Shown here piece by piece: positions 9,263-18,825 of a stretch of 59,896 nucleotides of DNA (position 1 is the stretch's first letter; every line of letters begins with the position of its first letter). The position numbers and the translations under genes are program-made. Below the pieces are notes generated by a model. It saw only the letters and a program-made list of their open reading frames with translations. It made no database searches and was not told the DNA's origin. Location: contig CAJPUK010000001.1 in NCBI GenBank assembly GCA_905373785.1, positions 1 to 59,896 of the forward strand, given 5' to 3'. This stretch comes from an uncultured Johnsonella sp. Lineage in GTDB: Bacteria; Bacillota; Clostridia; Lachnospirales; Lachnospiraceae.

Positions 9263-11227
9263 TTAATAATAACCTTGGCTATCATAACTTCCCCGGTCTT
9301 GGTTATCCTGTGGATATTGTCCTCCTTCCCATGCACCATTATCCCAAGAATTGTTTTCCCAACCATATTGTTCCCGATTGTCAAAGTTTCTGCCTCTTCC
9401 TCCTCTTGCATCTTGATTATTTGAAGAGCTGCCATGTTTGCCTTCTGAACTTCCTCTTCTGTCAGGCGGCTGCTGTCCGTTCGGTTCGCCAAAGCCGCCT
9501 ACTTGTCTTCTGCCGGGTCTGCTCTGTCCATTGCCTTGTGATCCGCCTTGACCGCCTCCTTGCGGTCCACCAAAGCCGCCGCCTTGTCTTCTGCCGGGTC
9601 TGCCCTGTCCGCTGTCTTGTGATCCGTCTTGACCGCCACCTTGCGAACCACCAAAGCCACCTCCTTTTGAGCTACCTTGGTCGCCGCCTTGTGGTCCTCC
9701 AAAACCACCCTGTCCGCCGGGACCTCCAAAACCTCCGCCTTGTGGTCCGCCCTGTCCGCCGGGACCTCCAAAACCTCCGCTACTTGTACCCAGACTTGAG
9801 CTTACTGAGTTTATAGTTACAGTTTGCTCTGTATCGCCCGTTTTTAGGGTGTAGGTTTTGCCTGTTTCAAGGCTTGGAAGTGAAATTACAGCTGTGGCGA
9901 ATTCTTTTTCAGCCACAAATTCTATCAACTTAGTTTGAGACTCATCACTTAAAGTTATAGTAGTTCCTGCTGCCTGTGTGCTGTCATAATACACATTTAT
10001 GAAGTTTTGGCTTGAGTCCTCCGAAAATGTTTGGAACATTCCAAAACTTCCGGCTCCTACATATACTCCCCCGCTAATCTTAGCTTCTCCGTTGTAATCC
10101 AAAGTGCCGTCACCACCGCTTGTAGGTCCGCTTATATAGGTTTCACCACCCTCTATATATAAGTCTCCGTTGGAGTCTATAGCATCTCCTGAGGCATTAA
10201 TATTAACCGTACCTCCTGCTATACGCACTTCTACACCGTCTTGGTCTTGGTTTCCAAGCATCTCTTTTTCAGCATCACTTACACTGTCATCGTACTTGGT
10301 TCTTGCGTTTATTCCGTCATCAGTTGCGCTTATATCTACATTTCCCCCGTAGATTTCTACAGTAAGACCCTCGAGACCTTCTTCTGATTTTTCTATATTT
10401 ATATCTCCGTCATATATATTGAGTTCTCCGTCTGAGGTAAAGCCTTTACCTGTTGCATTTACTTTGAAAGTTCCGGCTTCTACCGTAGGTGCATCCTTGG
10501 CTCTTACAGCATTATCCACTGATGTAAGGTCAAAATTTCCTGAAATGATTGCTAATGTATCCTTAGTCTTGATTGCGGTTTTATAATTTGCATTTACTTT
10601 AAGCGTACCGCTTCCGTTTATTACAAGGTCATTTTTTATAAATAAGGTCGCATCCGGCTCGTCTTCTCCATCCGCAAAGGTATAGTTACTTGTATCACTT
10701 AAGATATTTTCAGTCGACTCCGCTAAGGTAAGTATTACCTTTTTACCGTCAGCCGCATAAATTGCCGGACCGCTTTCACTGTTTATCTCCACTCCGTTAA
10801 GTACAAGGTGTACTACCGCACTGTCTTTGGCATCTATGTATACCTGACCTGTAAACTTACCGCTTAGCACATAGGTGCCTGAGCTTGTTATATTGACCTT
10901 GCCGTCAGAGTAATTAGCTCCCGAGCCTTCTATCTCAGCTTCGCTGCCGTTTAATGTAATTATAGTTGAACTTGACTTATCCCAACTTGTGTTAAGATCT
11001 TCTTCGGAATATATACTGCTTAGATCTCTGTTACTTGTACTTGTAGTCTTGGTTTCATTATCTTTGCTTTCAGTATCGCTACTCTTGACACTGCTTGTCT
11101 GCTGTACGCTTATGGTACTTTCATTGCTGCTGTTCTTTGCCGCATTTGCAGCACAACCTGTTATAGTAAATCCCATTAAGGATAGGCTAAGTAACCAAGC
11201 TGCCATTTTTATTTCACTTTTTTTCAT
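9263..11227 (-). CDS. Lipoprotein with Cthe_2159/DUF4353-type carbohydrate-binding beta-helix and Gly/Gln-rich tail
   Basis: Lipobox ITGC; ITSSGTYVLSG, DDGINA, DAIDSNG, LDYNG motifs; GGFGGPGGQ repeats at ~9480-9780. Confidence 0.85.
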   Translation of the reverse strand: MKKSEIKMAAWLLSLSLMGFTITGCAANAAKNSSNESTISVQQTSSVKSSDTESKDNETKTTSTSNRDLSSIYSEEDLNTSWDKSSSTIITLNGSEAEIEGSGANYSDGKVNITSSGTYVLSGKFTGQVYIDAKDSAVVHLVLNGVEINSESGPAIYAADGKKVILTLAESTENILSDTSNYTFADGEDEPDATLFIKNDLVINGSGTLKVNANYKTAIKTKDTLAIISGNFDLTSVDNAVRAKDAPTVEAGTFKVNATGKGFTSDGELNIYDGDINIEKSEEGLEGLTVEIYGGNVDISATDDGINARTKYDDSVSDAEKEMLGNQDQDGVEVRIAGGTVNINASGDAIDSNGDLYIEGGETYISGPTSGGDGTLDYNGEAKISGGVYVGAGSFGMFQTFSEDSSQNFINVYYDSTQAAGTTITLSDESQTKLIEFVAEKEFATAVISLPSLETGKTYTLKTGDTEQTVTINSVSSSLGTSSGGFGGPGGQGGPQGGGFGGPGGQGGFGGPQGGDQGSSKGGGFGGSQGGGQDGSQDSGQGRPGRRQGGGFGGPQGGGQGGSQGNGQSRPGRRQVGGFGEPNGQQPPDRRGSSEGKHGSSSNNQDARGGRGRNFDNREQYGWENNSWDNGAWEGGQYPQDNQDRGSYDSQGYY

Positions 11228-11497
11228 AATCTATCTGCCTTTCTGTTGCTGTCTTCTATATTCTTTTTTGTATTTAGTTTGAAATATCATAAATGTATCC
11301 AATATCCACTCCTTATATAAGCCTCTTTGTAGATCGGTGCTCAAAGAAAACGATGTACCGGTTCAACCACAACCGGCCCTCTTTTGGCAATCAAACAAGC
11401 TTTACAATCTGTAATAAATGTGTCGAAACTTTATTAACAGTACTACGAGTATGATTGAAATATGAGTGTTTTGACTGAGTGTCTATATTGCAACCTA

Positions 11498-12172
11498 TTA
11501 CAATTGCATATTCTCTACTCCCGGCTTAGCGCAGGTTATGTTAAGATTACCGTTTCTGACTCTTATGTCATCAAGCATAGCTTTTTCTTTACTTACATTT
11601 TTTTCTGTTATCAGGTAATGAAGCTCATAAAGGCTTCCCATGTTAATTGTTCTTACCTTTTGAAGTTCGGCTCTTTTGGTGTATTTATTAAATACCTCAT
11701 CAAATGCCGTATCGTAGTCCATATTTTCCGCTATAGTTATTTTAAGCTCTCTATCATTAACAGCCTTTGACTGTATGTAGCTTATGATAAGAGTTATTAT
11801 ACAAACCATTAAAAGTAAGATACAGCTTATTCCCACATAGCCCATACCGTTTGCAAGCCCCATTCCCATTGATATGAATATACTGGCTATCTCTCTGGAT
11901 GTACCCGGCATCGAACGAAATCTTACCAATGAAAATGCCCCCGCAACCGCAACTCCGGTTCCTAAGTTACCGTTTACCACCATGATTACCGATTGAACTA
12001 TTAAGGGTAATAATATCAGTGTCAAACTGAAGTTCAAACTTGTTTTATTTTTGTATGAATGAACCAAGGACAGCACTATTCCCAAAACCACAGAAACCGT
12101 TGAACATATTATAAATTCATTAAGGCTTATGCTTGAGGTTGAAGCCACCCTTGCAAGTATACTGTTAAGCAT
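11498..12172 (-). CDS. DUF4956-family membrane protein
   Basis: NGNLGTGVAVAGAFSLVRFRS, GLANGMGY; lies between the VTC and DUF4353 genes. Confidence 0.88.
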   Translation of the reverse strand: MLNSILARVASTSSISLNEFIICSTVSVVLGIVLSLVHSYKNKTSLNFSLTLILLPLIVQSVIMVVNGNLGTGVAVAGAFSLVRFRSMPGTSREIASIFISMGMGLANGMGYVGISCILLLMVCIITLIISYIQSKAVNDRELKITIAENMDYDTAFDEVFNKYTKRAELQKVRTINMGSLYELHYLITEKNVSKEKAMLDDIRVRNGNLNITCAKPGVENMQL

Positions 12173-12321
12173 TTTGCTCCTCCTGTTTTTATTTTTAGAT
12201 ATTTATTTTTAGTGTTGCTACACAGACACTGCTGCAAGTTTGCCTACCGCTATTTCTCTTATTTGCAGATGCAAACCTGCCTACCTCTATCTGCTTTTTA
12301 GATATTTATCGTTTAGTGATA

Positions 12322-13074
12322 CTAAACAGATGCCGCCGCACACCTGCCTACCGCTATCTTTCTTTTTGAAGCTATATTTATATTTTTATATATAGTTGAC
12401 TTATAGTATTCTCCATACTTGGAAAATGAACTTTGATATATATTAAGTTTTGATAATATATGACATAACCACAGCGGCATTGCCATATTGATTTTAACCT
12501 CCATTATATAAAAATCCTTTCCCAAAAGATCTATATTACATTGTCTTTTTGTTATATCAAGATTATAATCTCTTGCAACTATATTAGTGTCAAAGGTTAT
12601 TCTAAACTCCGCATCATCTATCCCATAATAAGCCAGTCTGTCATAGGCTATATATACCTTGGGTTCCAAATCAAGATTATGCTTCATGTATTCTATTTCT
12701 TTAAATATCTGTTCTTTTTTTAATTTTTCAGGGCTTATATTATTATATAAATACGCCCTTGCCTCATTAAGCTTTAATGCTATACGCCTTTTATATACTA
12801 CATGTTGATACTTTTTCTTTATTTCTATAAATACTTCACTTTTATCACTTGGCACTCCGTATGCTCTAAGTCTTAGTTTTTCTTTATATAAAGGTTTTTC
12901 CAATGAATGTCTTATCAAATAAAAATTCTCAGTATCAAAGTATATGTTTGATATAGTATGTTTGCCATAGTCATCAAGTTTCATATATTTTTTAATTTCC
13001 TGCATAAGTTCTTCATATTTGTACTTTGGAACTATATACTTCTTTTCTATTCTTTCAAATATTCGCTTTGCCAT
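12322..13074 (-). CDS. VTC-domain (polyphosphate polymerase-like, TTM fold) protein
   Basis: FERIEKKY, ISNIYFDT, KEKLRLRAY, EIKKK, RITFD, MEVK, FSKY; AGGAGG RBS before ATG 13074. Confidence 0.9.
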   Translation of the reverse strand: MAKRIFERIEKKYIVPKYKYEELMQEIKKYMKLDDYGKHTISNIYFDTENFYLIRHSLEKPLYKEKLRLRAYGVPSDKSEVFIEIKKKYQHVVYKRRIALKLNEARAYLYNNISPEKLKKEQIFKEIEYMKHNLDLEPKVYIAYDRLAYYGIDDAEFRITFDTNIVARDYNLDITKRQCNIDLLGKDFYIMEVKINMAMPLWLCHILSKLNIYQSSFSKYGEYYKSTIYKNINIASKRKIAVGRCAAASV

Positions 13075-13235
13075 ATCATCACCTCCTGTCGCATATAATA
13101 AAGTACTAAACTGAAAATACACTTAAAAAAGAAAATAAAATAATAAATCTCTTAGAGGTGCTTTATCCTGCCCACTTGATTGCAAGACGAAGTTCTCCAA
13201 AAGGTTATAGTTTCCGTAGAATATTTTTGCAAAAT

Positions 13236-13268
13236 AAAAAAGCACCCCTTTTACAGAGTACTTTTTTA
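13236..13268 (-). terminator. Intrinsic terminator after the SPFH gene
   Basis: Minus strand AAAAAGTACTCT-GTAAA-AGGGGTGCTTTTTT. Confidence 0.7.
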
Positions 13269-13304
13269 TTTGAGTGCATTATAATTTATAAATTTCTAAA
13301 ATAA

Positions 13305-14774
13305 TCAGATCTTGTCGTTTTCATCAAATATATCGCCGCAATTAGGGCAGAACTTAGGTGCAGCCGCTCCCGGTGCCGGTGTCCATCCACACTTATCACA
13401 CTTAAAGCCTCCTGTACTTTCAGGCTTCTTAGAACCGCAGTTTGAGCAGAACTTAGTTGTATTATGCTGACCGCAACCACATACCCACTCTCCATCTGCT
13501 GTTGCATTTACTTGAGTTTGTCCTCCAACCTGACCTACGAAACCGTCCGGCTGTGCCTGCTGTCCTTGCTGAGACATTCCCTGCTGCGGATAACCTTGTT
13601 GTGGCTGTCCCTGCTGCTGATAGCCCTGTTGAGACATTCCTTGCTGATAACCCTGCTGTGGCTGTCCTTGCTGGTATCCTTGCTGTGGCATTCCCTGTTG
13701 GTAGCCTTGTTGGGGCATTCCCTGCTGGTAGCCTCCGTATTGCTGATTTTGCATCTGTTGTTGCTGTGCCATACCGTAAAGTGCTGTAGAGTTAGCTCCG
13801 CCGGCAGCATTAGCCATGTTCATACCTGCAAATGCCATCATAGGACCGGTACTTGTATTGGAAGCTGCCGCCTTCATAGCATCGGCTTGAGCGCTTACAA
13901 GGTGTGCCGCTGCCATATCCGCACTTCTGAATACCGCGTTCTTTTGTAATTCCTTGATCATATTTTGATCTTCTTCAGAAGCTGTTGCTGAACGAAGAGT
14001 AAGCTTATCAAGCTCTACACCATAATCTTCTTTCCAATTCTCAAGTTCTTTTTTGGTTTCCTTGCTTATAACATCTACGTTACCTGTAAGTTGGTAATAT
14101 CTTACTCCCTGATCTGCAACTCTTGTAAATGCCGGTTGAAAAGCATGTACCAATTCCGCAGTAAGCTGCTTATTTAGATCTGCCTTGTCATATCTGTCCG
14201 TAACATTACCCGCAAGTTTCTTGTAGAAGATTATAGGGTCTGAAAGGGTATAACTGAATTCACCGTGGCTACGTATACCTATCTCTATATCAAGGCTTAT
14301 ATTCTTATCTATAACACGGAAAGGTATAGGGCTGGCTGTACCGTATTTATTATCTGTAATAATCTTGGTATTAAAGTAATACACTCTTTGGTCATGACCG
14401 GTCTCGCCACCGTAAGTAAACCTTCTTCCGAATTGCTTAAAGCTTGCTACGATACTTTCACCGAACTTACCTGCAAATATACTCGGCTCCGTATTATTGT
14501 GGAATACATATTCCCCGGCTTCGGCAGATACCTCAACTATAGCTCCGTTATCAACTATCATCATACACTGACCTTCATTGATGACTATTTTTGAGCCGTT
14601 GGAGATAATATTATCAGAAGCTTTGTTATTCTGCCCTCTCGAAGTCTGTACCTTGGTACCCTTTACCATCAAAGTATTATTATCTATAGTGTCACAATAA
14701 AAATACTCCAAAAATTGGTCGGATATTACTCCACCTGCGGTGTCCATAACTAATTTAATAAGTCCCATAAGCAT
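13305..14774 (-). CDS. SPFH/band-7 domain protein (YdjI-like) with Gln-rich repeats and double zinc ribbon
   Basis: NGSKIVINEGQCM, RVYYFN, YGTASPIPF; QQGY/QQGMP repeats; C-terminal CxC/CxxC pairs. Confidence 0.85.
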   Translation of the reverse strand: MLMGLIKLVMDTAGGVISDQFLEYFYCDTIDNNTLMVKGTKVQTSRGQNNKASDNIISNGSKIVINEGQCMMIVDNGAIVEVSAEAGEYVFHNNTEPSIFAGKFGESIVASFKQFGRRFTYGGETGHDQRVYYFNTKIITDNKYGTASPIPFRVIDKNISLDIEIGIRSHGEFSYTLSDPIIFYKKLAGNVTDRYDKADLNKQLTAELVHAFQPAFTRVADQGVRYYQLTGNVDVISKETKKELENWKEDYGVELDKLTLRSATASEEDQNMIKELQKNAVFRSADMAAAHLVSAQADAMKAAASNTSTGPMMAFAGMNMANAAGGANSTALYGMAQQQQMQNQQYGGYQQGMPQQGYQQGMPQQGYQQGQPQQGYQQGMSQQGYQQQGQPQQGYPQQGMSQQGQQAQPDGFVGQVGGQTQVNATADGEWVCGCGQHNTTKFCSNCGSKKPESTGGFKCDKCGWTPAPGAAAPKFCPNCGDIFDENDKI

Positions 14775-14781
14775 TTCTCCT

Positions 14782-15330
14782 TTAAATAGTTAGATTTCTA
14801 TAAGCATAAGCGCTTAACGCTGCTACTGTTTTACCGTCTTTTATGACTCCAGTATATACCATTTTCATCAAATCATCAAGTGCCCACGCTTCTATCTCAA
14901 TATCTTCATCTTCATCTAAGTTTTGTTTTGAAATTCTTAAGTTTTTTGCTATATATATTTCTATTTCTTCATCACAAAAAGCAACCGTAGTATTTACTGT
15001 TATAAGGTATTCCAAATCATCGGGACTTGCAACCTTGTATCCGGTTTCTTCTTCAAGCTCTCTAAATGCACACAACCTCTTATCCTCACCCGGACTGTCG
15101 ACCTTACCTGCCGGTATCTCTAAAGTAAACCTGTCAAGAGCATTCCTATATTGTCTGACCATCAGTATCTTGCCGTCTTCTCTTACAGGAATCACTGCGG
15201 CAGCACCGTCATGATGTATAAAGTCCCATATTACTTCCTTGTTGCTTTCGGTCTCCATATAGTCTTTATATACCTTTAATATAACACCCTGATATGCCAA
15301 TTCCCTTTTCTTTCTTTTAATACTTTTCAT
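14782..15330 (-). CDS. nudF: NUDIX hydrolase, ADP-ribose pyrophosphatase-like
   Basis: VRQYR, EIPAG...AFRELEEETGY Nudix box; start chosen by GGAG spacing. Confidence 0.85.
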   Translation of the reverse strand: MKSIKRKKRELAYQGVILKVYKDYMETESNKEVIWDFIHHDGAAAVIPVREDGKILMVRQYRNALDRFTLEIPAGKVDSPGEDKRLCAFRELEEETGYKVASPDDLEYLITVNTTVAFCDEEIEIYIAKNLRISKQNLDEDEDIEIEAWALDDLMKMVYTGVIKDGKTVAALSAYAYRNLTI

Positions 15331-15450
15331 AGTCATCTCCACAGTTTTCTTTTAATTTTCCGGATCATTGTTTTGAGTTTGCTTATCTAAGCTTGTTCAA
15401 TGTATTATAAACCGGTTGTACCTCAAGCCTGCCGGGCTTTTTAAACTCGC

Positions 15451-16026
15451 TTAAATGAATTCTTTTATATCACAATACCTATATCCCTGCCTTAAAAGGT
15501 AATTGATAACCTTTCTTTTTGAGTCCGCATCACTTAGATTATAATAATCCTTTTTTCTAAGCAGGGCTTCTATATTATCATACTCATTAAGATGTAATTC
15601 TTCAAGTTTTGCATCTATTACTTTTTTATCAAAGCCCTTTTCTATCAATTTATTTTTAAGGAAGAGTTTGCTTTTTTTAGTCTTATTGGCATTTATATAT
15701 CTTTCTATGTAATCCATATCATCTATATAATGCTTAGAGACGGCAAAGCTTACCGCCTCTTCCACCAAATCTTTCGGATAACTTTCCGTAAGCTTACGCC
15801 TAAGAGCATGGGAGTTATAATCTCTGGCACTTAAGAGATAGAGCAATCTTTTGTATATACGTTCTTTAAGTATAGGATATATTTTTTCATATAAATTTTC
15901 AAAGTACTCATTTTCTTTAAGTTCAAAAGTATCAACTTCTTTGTTATATAGACAAAAACTTATACCTTCTTCAGTAATGATTTTCTTCTTTGTACTGCTT
16001 ATAGAAATTATTTTTTTAATATACAT
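15451..16026 (-). CDS. recX: RecX regulatory protein
   Basis: Directly downstream of recA; LLSARDY, YIDD, L..KG, YLLRQGY repeats. Confidence 0.88.
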   Translation of the reverse strand: MYIKKIISISSTKKKIITEEGISFCLYNKEVDTFELKENEYFENLYEKIYPILKERIYKRLLYLLSARDYNSHALRRKLTESYPKDLVEEAVSFAVSKHYIDDMDYIERYINANKTKKSKLFLKNKLIEKGFDKKVIDAKLEELHLNEYDNIEALLRKKDYYNLSDADSKRKVINYLLRQGYRYCDIKEFI

Positions 16027-16048
16027 ATATTTGCTTTAGCATTAATAT

Positions 16049-17206
16049 TTATACCATATCATCATCAAAGATAGCGGCTTCATCTTCAGGAATTTCCACA
16101 GTCTCTTCCACAACTGTCTCCGCCTTCTTCTTATCGGTTTTTGACTTTTTAGCCGGCTTTTTGAAGTTACTGCTTACTTCCTCGTCATCTCTTTCAAACA
16201 ACTCATCACTGTTTTGCAGTGCATATAGCTCTCTTACTTTAAGTTCTATCTCTTTGCAAATATCCGGGTTCTCCAAGAGATAGTCTTTAGCCTTCTCTCT
16301 TCCCTGCCCGAGTTTTGCTGAATTATAAGCATACCAGGCACCGCTTTTATCTACTATATTAGCCTCTACCGCAAGATCAAGTATATCGCCCTCTTTAGAT
16401 ATGCCCTTACCGTAAAGTATATCAAATTCAGCCTCTTTAAATGGCGGTGCCACCTTGTTCTTGGAGACTTTTATTCTGACTCTGTTACCTACATTATCTC
16501 CGCCCTGCTTTACATAATCTACTCTTTTTACCTCTATTCTTATAGAAGAATAAAACTTAAGTGCACGACCGCCTGTGGTAACTTCCGGATTACCGAAACT
16601 TATACCTATCTTTTCACGCAACTGGTTTATAAATATAATAGTTGTATTGCCTTTACTTATAATACCTGTAAGCTTTCTCAGCCCCTTGCTCATAAGTCTT
16701 GCCTGAAGACCCATTTGCTGGTCAGCCATATCTCCGTCTATTTCGGCTTTAGGTACCAATGCTGCAACCGAGTCTATAATAATTATATCCATAGCACCGG
16801 AACGCACCATGGTTTCAGCTATCTCCAGTGCCTGCTCACCGTTATCCGGCTGTGATACATATAAATTATCTATATCAACACCTATTGCCTTGGCATATAC
16901 CGGATCAAGAGCGTGCTCGGCATCTATAAATCCCGCTATTCCGCCTCTTTTTTGTACCTCGGCAACCATATGCAAAGCTACTGTAGTCTTACCGGAAGAC
17001 TCATGTCCGTACACTTCTATAATACGGCCTCTAGGTATACCGCCTATACCAAGTGCTATATCTATACCAAGGCAGCCTGTAGGTATAGCCGCTACATTAA
17101 GCTGTCTGCTTGAATCTCCGAGTTTCATGATGGAGCCCTTACCATAGGCTTTTTCTATTTGTAAAATAGCCTCATCCAGTGCTTTTCTTCTTCCTTCTGT
17201 GTTCAT
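16049..17206 (-). CDS. recA: Recombinase RecA
   Basis: GHESSGKTT Walker [19 protein letters not shown]. Confidence 0.99.
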   Translation of the reverse strand: MNTEGRRKALDEAILQIEKAYGKGSIMKLGDSSRQLNVAAIPTGCLGIDIALGIGGIPRGRIIEVYGHESSGKTTVALHMVAEVQKRGGIAGFIDAEHALDPVYAKAIGVDIDNLYVSQPDNGEQALEIAETMVRSGAMDIIIIDSVAALVPKAEIDGDMADQQMGLQARLMSKGLRKLTGIISKGNTTIIFINQLREKIGISFGNPEVTTGGRALKFYSSIRIEVKRVDYVKQGGDNVGNRVRIKVSKNKVAPPFKEAEFDILYGKGISKEGDILDLAVEANIVDKSGAWYAYNSAKLGQGREKAKDYLLENPDICKEIELKVRELYALQNSDELFERDDEEVSSNFKKPAKKSKTDKKKAETVVEETVEIPEDEAAIFDDDMV

Positions 17207-17222
17207 CTCGCCTCCATTTTCT

Positions 17223-17234
17223 GAACATATGTTC
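17223..17234. promoter_or_regulatory. LexA SOS (Cheo) box
   Basis: GAACATATGTTC matches GAAC-N4-GTTC, between the recA promoter and RBS. Confidence 0.9.
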
Positions 17235-17244
17235 CTTTGTTAGT

Positions 17245-17273
17245 AGTATATTAGTTTTAATATTATTTGTCAA
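17245..17273 (-). promoter_or_regulatory. SigA-type recA promoter
   Basis: TTGACA-17 bp-TATACT on the minus strand. Confidence 0.85.
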
Positions 17274-17282
17274 GTAAAGTAC

Positions 17283-17337
17283 TTGATTATATTTTAAGTA
17301 TGTGCTATATTTTATCATATAGTTTTTAAAACTATAT
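17283..17337 (+). promoter_or_regulatory. Promoter and palindromic operator of the HlyIII gene
   Basis: TTGATT-17 bp-TATATT (TG-extended), then the perfect palindrome ATATAGTTTT-T-AAAACTATAT at 17317-17337. Confidence 0.65.
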
Positions 17338-17393
17338 CTATTAGTTTTTAATATTATATGTTTTAGATTTGATATTATTGAAAGGGGTTTATT

Positions 17394-18053
17394 ATGCTTA
17401 AATTTATAGATAAATTAAAAGATCCGGGCAGTGCCTTGACACACTTTTTAGCCTTTATACTTACTCTTTTAGCTGCGGTATTTCTTTTTTCCAAGGCAGT
17501 GGGGCATCGTGTAGGCTCTATAAGTATGGCAACTTTTATAATTTTTATAATAAGTATGCTGCTTTTATATGCCGCAAGTACAACTTATCATTCCTTTAAT
17601 ATTTCTAAAAAGATCAATACTTTACTTAGAAAAATTGATCACATGATGATATTTGTACTTATTACCGGAACCTATGCTCCGATATGCTTAAGTGTACTTG
17701 GCGGGAAAACCGGCATAACACTTTTTAGTATGGTTTGCGGTATTTCTCTCTTAGGTATACTTATTAATATATTTTGGATTAATTATCCCAAGTGGATTTC
17801 TTCCGTGATTTACATAGGACTTGGCTGGCTTTGCAGTTTGGCTTTAACTAAGATTATAGCTTCCATGCCTAAAATAAGCTTTATATGGCTGCTTGTAGGC
17901 GGTGTCATCTACACTGTGGGCGGAGTGGTTTATGCACTTAAGCTTAAATGTTTTGATAAGTTTCACAGATATTTCGGGATACATGAGATTTTCCATTTGT
18001 TTGTGATGGGCGGAAGCTTTTGCCATTTTATGTTGATGTATTCATTAATATAA
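17394..18053 (+). CDS. Hemolysin III / PAQR membrane protein
   Basis: STTYH, DHMMIFVLITGTY.P, HEIFHLFV; about 7 hydrophobic segments. Confidence 0.92.
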   Translation: MLKFIDKLKDPGSALTHFLAFILTLLAAVFLFSKAVGHRVGSISMATFIIFIISMLLLYAASTTYHSFNISKKINTLLRKIDHMMIFVLITGTYAPICLSVLGGKTGITLFSMVCGISLLGILINIFWINYPKWISSVIYIGLGWLCSLALTKIIASMPKISFIWLLVGGVIYTVGGVVYALKLKCFDKFHRYFGIHEIFHLFVMGGSFCHFMLMYSLI

Positions 18054-18285
18054 CAGGGTAAAAAGGTTTTATGGACTTTCTTAGATTTTATAAAGATTTG
18101 TAAATAAATTACCCTCTTGGGGTCTCCTCGAAATATAAGATTATTGTACTATAATGTGAACAATTATGCAAGCAGTGTAGTTGGCAACATAAACAGTGGT
18201 CAGAAACACTCCCTATCCGCCGGTATCTTAGTCAACATAAACAATTATAAATATATCCTTTGTAACAGTAGCGTAATGGGAGATA

Positions 18286-18478
18286 AAAAAACTCCTTATA
18301 ATTCAATCTTTTTAGCGGTTAACCCTTTTGATAAAGCGAGGTACAAATTCCACAGACGAGGACTGTTCGAGTGCAGCTCGCCACGGAGTAGGCGAGCACA
18401 CGAGTTCCGCAGTCTGTGTGAATTTGTCGAAGCTTTGAAAAAGGGTTGCGGGTGTGATTGAATTATAAGGAGTTTTTT
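18286..18478. repeat. ~193-bp rod-shaped palindromic element (MITE/REP-like or structured RNA)
   Basis: Perfect 23-bp terminal IR AAAAAACTCCTTATAATTCAATC; nested stems AACCCTTTT/AAAAGGGTT, ACAAATTC/GAATTTGT, CACAGAC/GTCTGTG, GCTCGCC/GGCGAGC. Confidence 0.85.
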
Positions 18479-18516
18479 GTAAACTAATAACTACACCCAC
18501 AAACTATCATAATTGC

Positions 18517-18813
18517 TTATGTTCCCACAAGCTCTTCTTTCCTGCTTCTAGGCAGTCTTTTTATATACGCCTCTCTCTTCATAGCATCCGCCTTAGTCTC
18601 AAACTCCTCTATATAAACCGGACTTACTGGAAGTCTTGCTCTGGTATACTTTGAAGCTCTGCCTTCGTTATGGGCTTTAAGCCTTTTTATGGGATTATTT
18701 GTCCATCCGCAATAATAACTTCCATCCGCACAAAGAAGTATATAGGTATAATTTTTACACTTTCTTTTTGAGTGTTCAAGCTCATATAAAAGCTTTTCTA
18801 CATAAGTTGACAT
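18517..18813 (-). CDS. Small GIY-YIG nuclease (YazA/YhbQ-like)
   Basis: YTYILLCADGSYYCGWTN...RL..HN.G..SKYTR..LP, AMKRE..IK. Confidence 0.9.
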   Translation of the reverse strand: MSTYVEKLLYELEHSKRKCKNYTYILLCADGSYYCGWTNNPIKRLKAHNEGRASKYTRARLPVSPVYIEEFETKADAMKREAYIKRLPRSRKEELVGT

Positions 18814-18825
18814 GAATTGTTATGA

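Noticed and set aside
11330..11400. CCGGTT/AACCGG hairpin between DUF4956 and the lipoprotein gene as a riboswitch
   Set aside because: Single short stem with no recognisable aptamer consensus
17394..18053. Hemolysin III as a virulence toxin
   Set aside because: PAQR-family housekeeping membrane protein; the name alone does not support haemolytic function
18117..18500. ORFs 18117-18461 (+) and 18312-18500 (-)
   Set aside because: No convincing RBS or family signature; they run through the palindromic element
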